Positions 59,812-64,000 of a DNA stretch of 64,000 bases are shown here, piece by piece (position 1 is the first letter of the stretch; every line of letters begins with the position of its first letter). The notes below the pieces were generated by a model. The model saw only the letters and a program-made list of their open reading frames with translations, did no database searches and was not told the DNA's origin. Position numbers and translations under genes: made by a program. The DNA comes from Octopus sinensis (taxonomy: Eukaryota), in assembly GCF_006345805.1 (NCBI RefSeq), contig NC_043004.1, forward strand, positions 51,522,001 through 51,586,000, given 5' to 3'.

Positions 59812-61360
59812 TTCCTATTTGATGACACATTCTATCGTCAGAAATGCGGAACTGCAATGGGAACGAAAGCAGCTCCTGTTCTTGCGAACCTGATGATGGG
59901 TTATTTTGAATTCACCTTATATGAAGCATCATTTCAGAAATATGTTTACTTATTTTACCTCTACATCAGAGAAAATTGGAAGAGATACCTAGATGATTGC
60001 TTTATCATTTGGAAGGAGAACATCGATAATCTTTTGGACTTCAAATCAACACTAAATGATCTAAATAGTAACATTCAATTCACAATGGAATATAACAAAG
60101 AACAACTCCCATTTTTAGACATTATGATAAAAAAAGTTAACAATGAAATTATAACTGACATTTATTATAAACCAACTAATTCAAAACAATATCTTCTCTT
60201 TAACTCATGCCACCCGAAACACATCAAAATAAACATCCCTTTCAATTTGGTGAAAAGGATTTGCACAATAGTGTCTGATAGAACAACTTGGGACCTTCAT
60301 CTTCAAGACCTCAAAACAACACTTATTGAAAGACAATACTCACCCTCACTTATCGATGAGGGAATTAAGCATGCCAAACAATTAGACACAAAAACTCTAA
60401 GAACAACAAAACATAACACCACACCTCAACTCAAAACATTACTATTTATATCAACACACAACCCCAGAAACAGTGAGGCATTCAACACTATTGTGCAAAC
60501 CCTTTCTTTACTAACTAGAGATCCAAAAATGAACATCCTGAAAACACACAAACTCATCAAATGCAAATAACAAGACAAATCGCTAAAGAGACTACTAACA
60601 AATGCGAAGCTATACAAAACAACCACGAAACCAACAGTTGAAAAATGCGGACGCCCAAACTGTGGAACCTGCCCCAACTTACTTGAAGGCTTGGATTTCC
60701 TTGTCAAACAAGGACAGAGGTTTACAATTAAAACTAGTTTCACATGTGCCTCTGGGAACCTAATTTATGTAATAACCTGCTCGGGTTGTGGACACAACTA
60801 TATTGGACAAACAAGTATGACGTTGAGAAAGAGAACCACTCTACATAAAGAGCAAATCCGTTTCCCGCAATACAGGCAAATTCCGCTCAGTGAACATACA
60901 GAAAAGTGTGCAGATAACATCAAACCAAATTTTACAGTCTTCCCCTTCTACCAGTGCAAAGATACAATCTCTCCACAAGAACGTTTAAATAAAGAAACAT
61001 TTTTCATTGAAAAATATAGAACACGCATAACCAACTTTTATCTTTTTACATATTTCAATTCACGATTACATCACTGTACATAAATCCCCTCACTAAACAA
61101 GGTTTTGGAAACTTGTCTTTGTCTGTACATATATATTCCCCTCCCATTACCGAAAGCTGAACAGTCATCTCCCTTACCCACAACAATAACAATAATAACG
61201 ATAGCCAATTACCTCCCTTTATTTATCTACTTGTGAAGTCATTCACTTGTGAATTTCATCACACACAACATGGACAAAATTTCTTCTTAAGAAAAAATAC
61301 ATATTCAAATAAGTAAAACATAATATCATGAATAGCAATAGCGAAACCGGTCGATATATT
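59812..61360 (+). mobile_element. 5'-truncated Penelope-like retroelement: RT C-terminal half plus GIY-YIG endonuclease
   Basis: One frame 59812-61083 with a single stop at 60568-60570. RT motifs: [58 protein letters not shown]. Linker CGRPNCGTC. Endonuclease FTCASGNLIYVITCSGCGHNYIGQT..RLNKETFFI. Confidence 0.93.
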
Positions 61361-61426
61361 AAAAATTATATTAAAACAATGTAAGTGTGCGTATTTTCTT
61401 TTTTTAATTTCTTATATATATATATA

Positions 61427-61830
61427 TGTAGTGACGCTAACTTGGAAATCTCCAGGAGGCCTGCCAGAAGTTCCCTCATGCGCATGCACAGAAGACTAGC
61501 ATCACCGAAATTTCCCTCATATCGTTCTCTCGAATGCCAACAGCTGAACAGCTGAACGTGTTTTAGCAACTCTTTCAAGTTGCTACCTCGTGGCATATCT
61601 CCACTTTGCTTGAACGGACAGGATTTGGCTCACTCTACTTGACTACTACGATAAGCTTCTAGGCTGCCGATTCACTCAGAAAGAAGAATGTATATATTGC
61701 GAATCAAGAAATAAATATTTATACTGTTGACGTTAATCGGAATTCTTGACTCTTTCCTTCAATTAGTATTTTTAATGTAAAGTATGCGAGCCACACCCAT
61801 CCAGTGCGGGGTACCTCTCATCCTGTTACG
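61427..61830 (+). mobile_element. Probable solo LTR inserted in (TA)n
   Basis: Starts tgtagtgacg and ends cctgttacg (CA end mutated); ~404 bp of non-repetitive sequence with aataaa near 61710; (TA)n on both sides. Confidence 0.45.
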
Positions 61831-62697
61831 TATATATATACACACACATACAATGGGCTTCTTTCAGTTAAGCTAACATGCAATAATGAAATTATCATCA
61901 ACAAGTGTGCGCACATTCCAACAGCCAAAATTCAAAGGATGTTTATTTTTACTTTTTCTTGGAGGCTGTTTGACCACAGAGGTAGAATGATGACCGGGTC
62001 CAGCCTGTGATACACTGGGACATCTGCTGAACCAGACCTGTTCCCCTGACGTTCCCTAGCCTTTTTTTGCCATTTACTGAATCTGTTTGAGACATTTTAG
62101 AGTAAATTACAAATACATTTTTAGGTTTCTGCCAACCAACCAATTCAATGATTTTACTAAGATTTGGTATACAGGAAGTACCTGTGCAGATGAATAATTT
62201 TTAGTGGGTGTAGCTTGCACTGCACTACCCCCACCTATTGGCCCAAGAAGACTTTCGCCGGTGTGACATGAAAATTGATAAAACCAGGAACTTCCAAGGC
62301 CTCAGGTTTTATTTCAGAGATTTCCTTCTCCTAGGTAGATTACTAACCAAGGTTAATGAGCTTCTGCCTGCCCATGAGGTAAGCTACCCCATTCCAGATA
62401 CCAAACCGACACTCAAACACTCTATAAAGTGATCAAATATCACTCCGGTGACCGACGTGGAGCAGCTCATTCATAATACAAAAAAAAAAGGCAAGTATGA
62501 TATGTGATTTGCAAATGTAAATAAGAATTATATAAAAATAGAAAAAAGTAAAAAAATAAGCAATAAATATAAATATGTATATAAAATTAAACATATACAT
62601 ATATATAGATAAAAAAAATTTTTTAATAAAAAATAAAAAATAAAAGTGGTACGATAAATATAAGGAAAAGTAAAAGATATGCAATTGAAATATATAA

Positions 62698-62781
<84 letters not shown>

Positions 62782-63051
62782 AAAGTAAAAATATACATAT
62801 ATATACATATAAGTAAAAAAAAGATATATACATATTTAGAGATATTTTGTTGGATGGCCATTGACTGTTCAGGAGTTCCTCCGCCCTTTGAGGGGTCTTA
62901 TTTTTCATTCCACAGGGTGTCCAACAACACCCTCCTAACCTGGTGGGGTTGCTAGCTTAGTTGCCAACGACCCAATCATGCGACAGGTTGTACTAGATTA
63001 CATGTTGCCAGTAGCATTCAAGAGTGACCTGACATAATACATACATACATA

Positions 63052-63082
<31 letters not shown>

Positions 63083-63654
63083 CTGTGTACGTACACACAC
63101 AATGGCCTTCTTTTAGTATCCATCTATCAAACCCACTCATGAGACTTTGGTGCTATGGTAGAAGACAATTGCTCAAGGTACCATGCAGTATGACCGAATC
63201 AAGTTTTTAACAAAGTGCTGTACCACGTCATTATTTTGCAAATGAGAGACATAGCTAAACAGAAAACAAGTAATCCTTTAAGAAGATTTTATCTAACAAC
63301 TACAGCCATCATTCATATTAGCATTTGCTGACTGTTTAGGTGCCCTTGGTTGTTATTTAGGTTGTATGGGGTGTCCCTTGGACTAGGGAACATATCACAC
63401 TCTTAGGGATGGTCTGTGGTTCTAAGTAGCTGTTTGCATGCAAATGCAACAACACTCTGGTAAGCAACTTCAACTGGCTGGCTAAACAAGGTATGTAACT
63501 CTTGTTGAATGCAAGCTTGCCTATCTATGCATGTGAAGATCGAATCCAGTGGTCTCTGCACAAGGAACCTTCATGGTTCAAAAGATGGATGGCAACTGCA
63601 GTGATGCATTGTAGAGTGTAGATAACCAGATGAATCAAGTAAGATATCTCAGCC

Positions 63655-63890
63655 ACCCACTTCTATTGCTTTACTACCCACAAGGGGCTAAACACAGAAG
63701 GAACAAACAAGGAAAGACAAACGGATTAAGTCAATTATATTATCCCCCAGTGTGTAACTGGTACTTATTTAATCGACCCCGAAAGGATGAAAGTCAAAGT
63801 CGACCTCGGCGGAATTTGAACTCAGAACGTAGCGGCAGACAAAATACCGCTAAGCATTTCACCCGGTGTGTGAACATTTCTGCCAGCTCG
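63655..63890 (-). mobile_element. SINE family C
   Basis: actacccacaaggggctaaacacag...gtcgacctcggcggaatttgaactcagaacg...ctgccagctcgtcacctt. Confidence 0.85.
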
Positions 63891-64000
63891 TCACCTTCAT
63901 CCATCTCACTCACTTCATCCATCTCCATCCCCAGTCATCTTGACCTAGTCTCACCACTGAATTGAAGATGGTCACAGATGAAAGAGTGAGGCTGACAATG

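Noticed and set aside
62430-62480. Minus-strand gaatgagctgctcc..ggagtgatat resembling a hammerhead stem II
   Set aside because: Both core boxes are mutated and no stem I or III pairing was found.

Overview
Eukaryotic, AT-rich, microsatellite-dense DNA. The repeat families (tRNA-derived SINEs, RTE, Dong/R4, Penelope, mariner) look cephalopod, most likely Octopus; this is inferred from family recognition, not a database search. The only supportable host coding sequence is one large 3'-terminal exon on the + strand (40946-42535). It encodes a Ser/Thr/Pro-rich region and a C-terminal SAM-like domain ending GWRPKLE, resembling the C-terminus of GAREM-type adaptors. No upstream exons were identified, so the first 41 kb may be intronic. 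The rest is a nested mobile-element landscape. It has three abundant SINE families, and 5'-truncated RTE LINEs (one with a PHD-like insert, one with three C2H2 fingers). It also has (TAA)n-embedded Dong/R4 LINEs, L1/Tx1 remnants and Penelope-like elements, including a 5'-truncated RT plus GIY-YIG frame with one in-frame stop. DNA-transposon remnants include mariner, maT, pogo, hAT, Helitron-like elements and several long foldbacks. The most notable observations are hammerhead-ribozyme motifs (intact core at 28638-28763, near-canonical inside a palindrome at 5851-5900, several decayed), a ~2.3 kb tandem array built from an RTE 3' UTR, an RTE with three C2H2 fingers flanked by (TACA)n, and a local inverted duplication. 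Coordinates were read by eye and may be off by a few bases.
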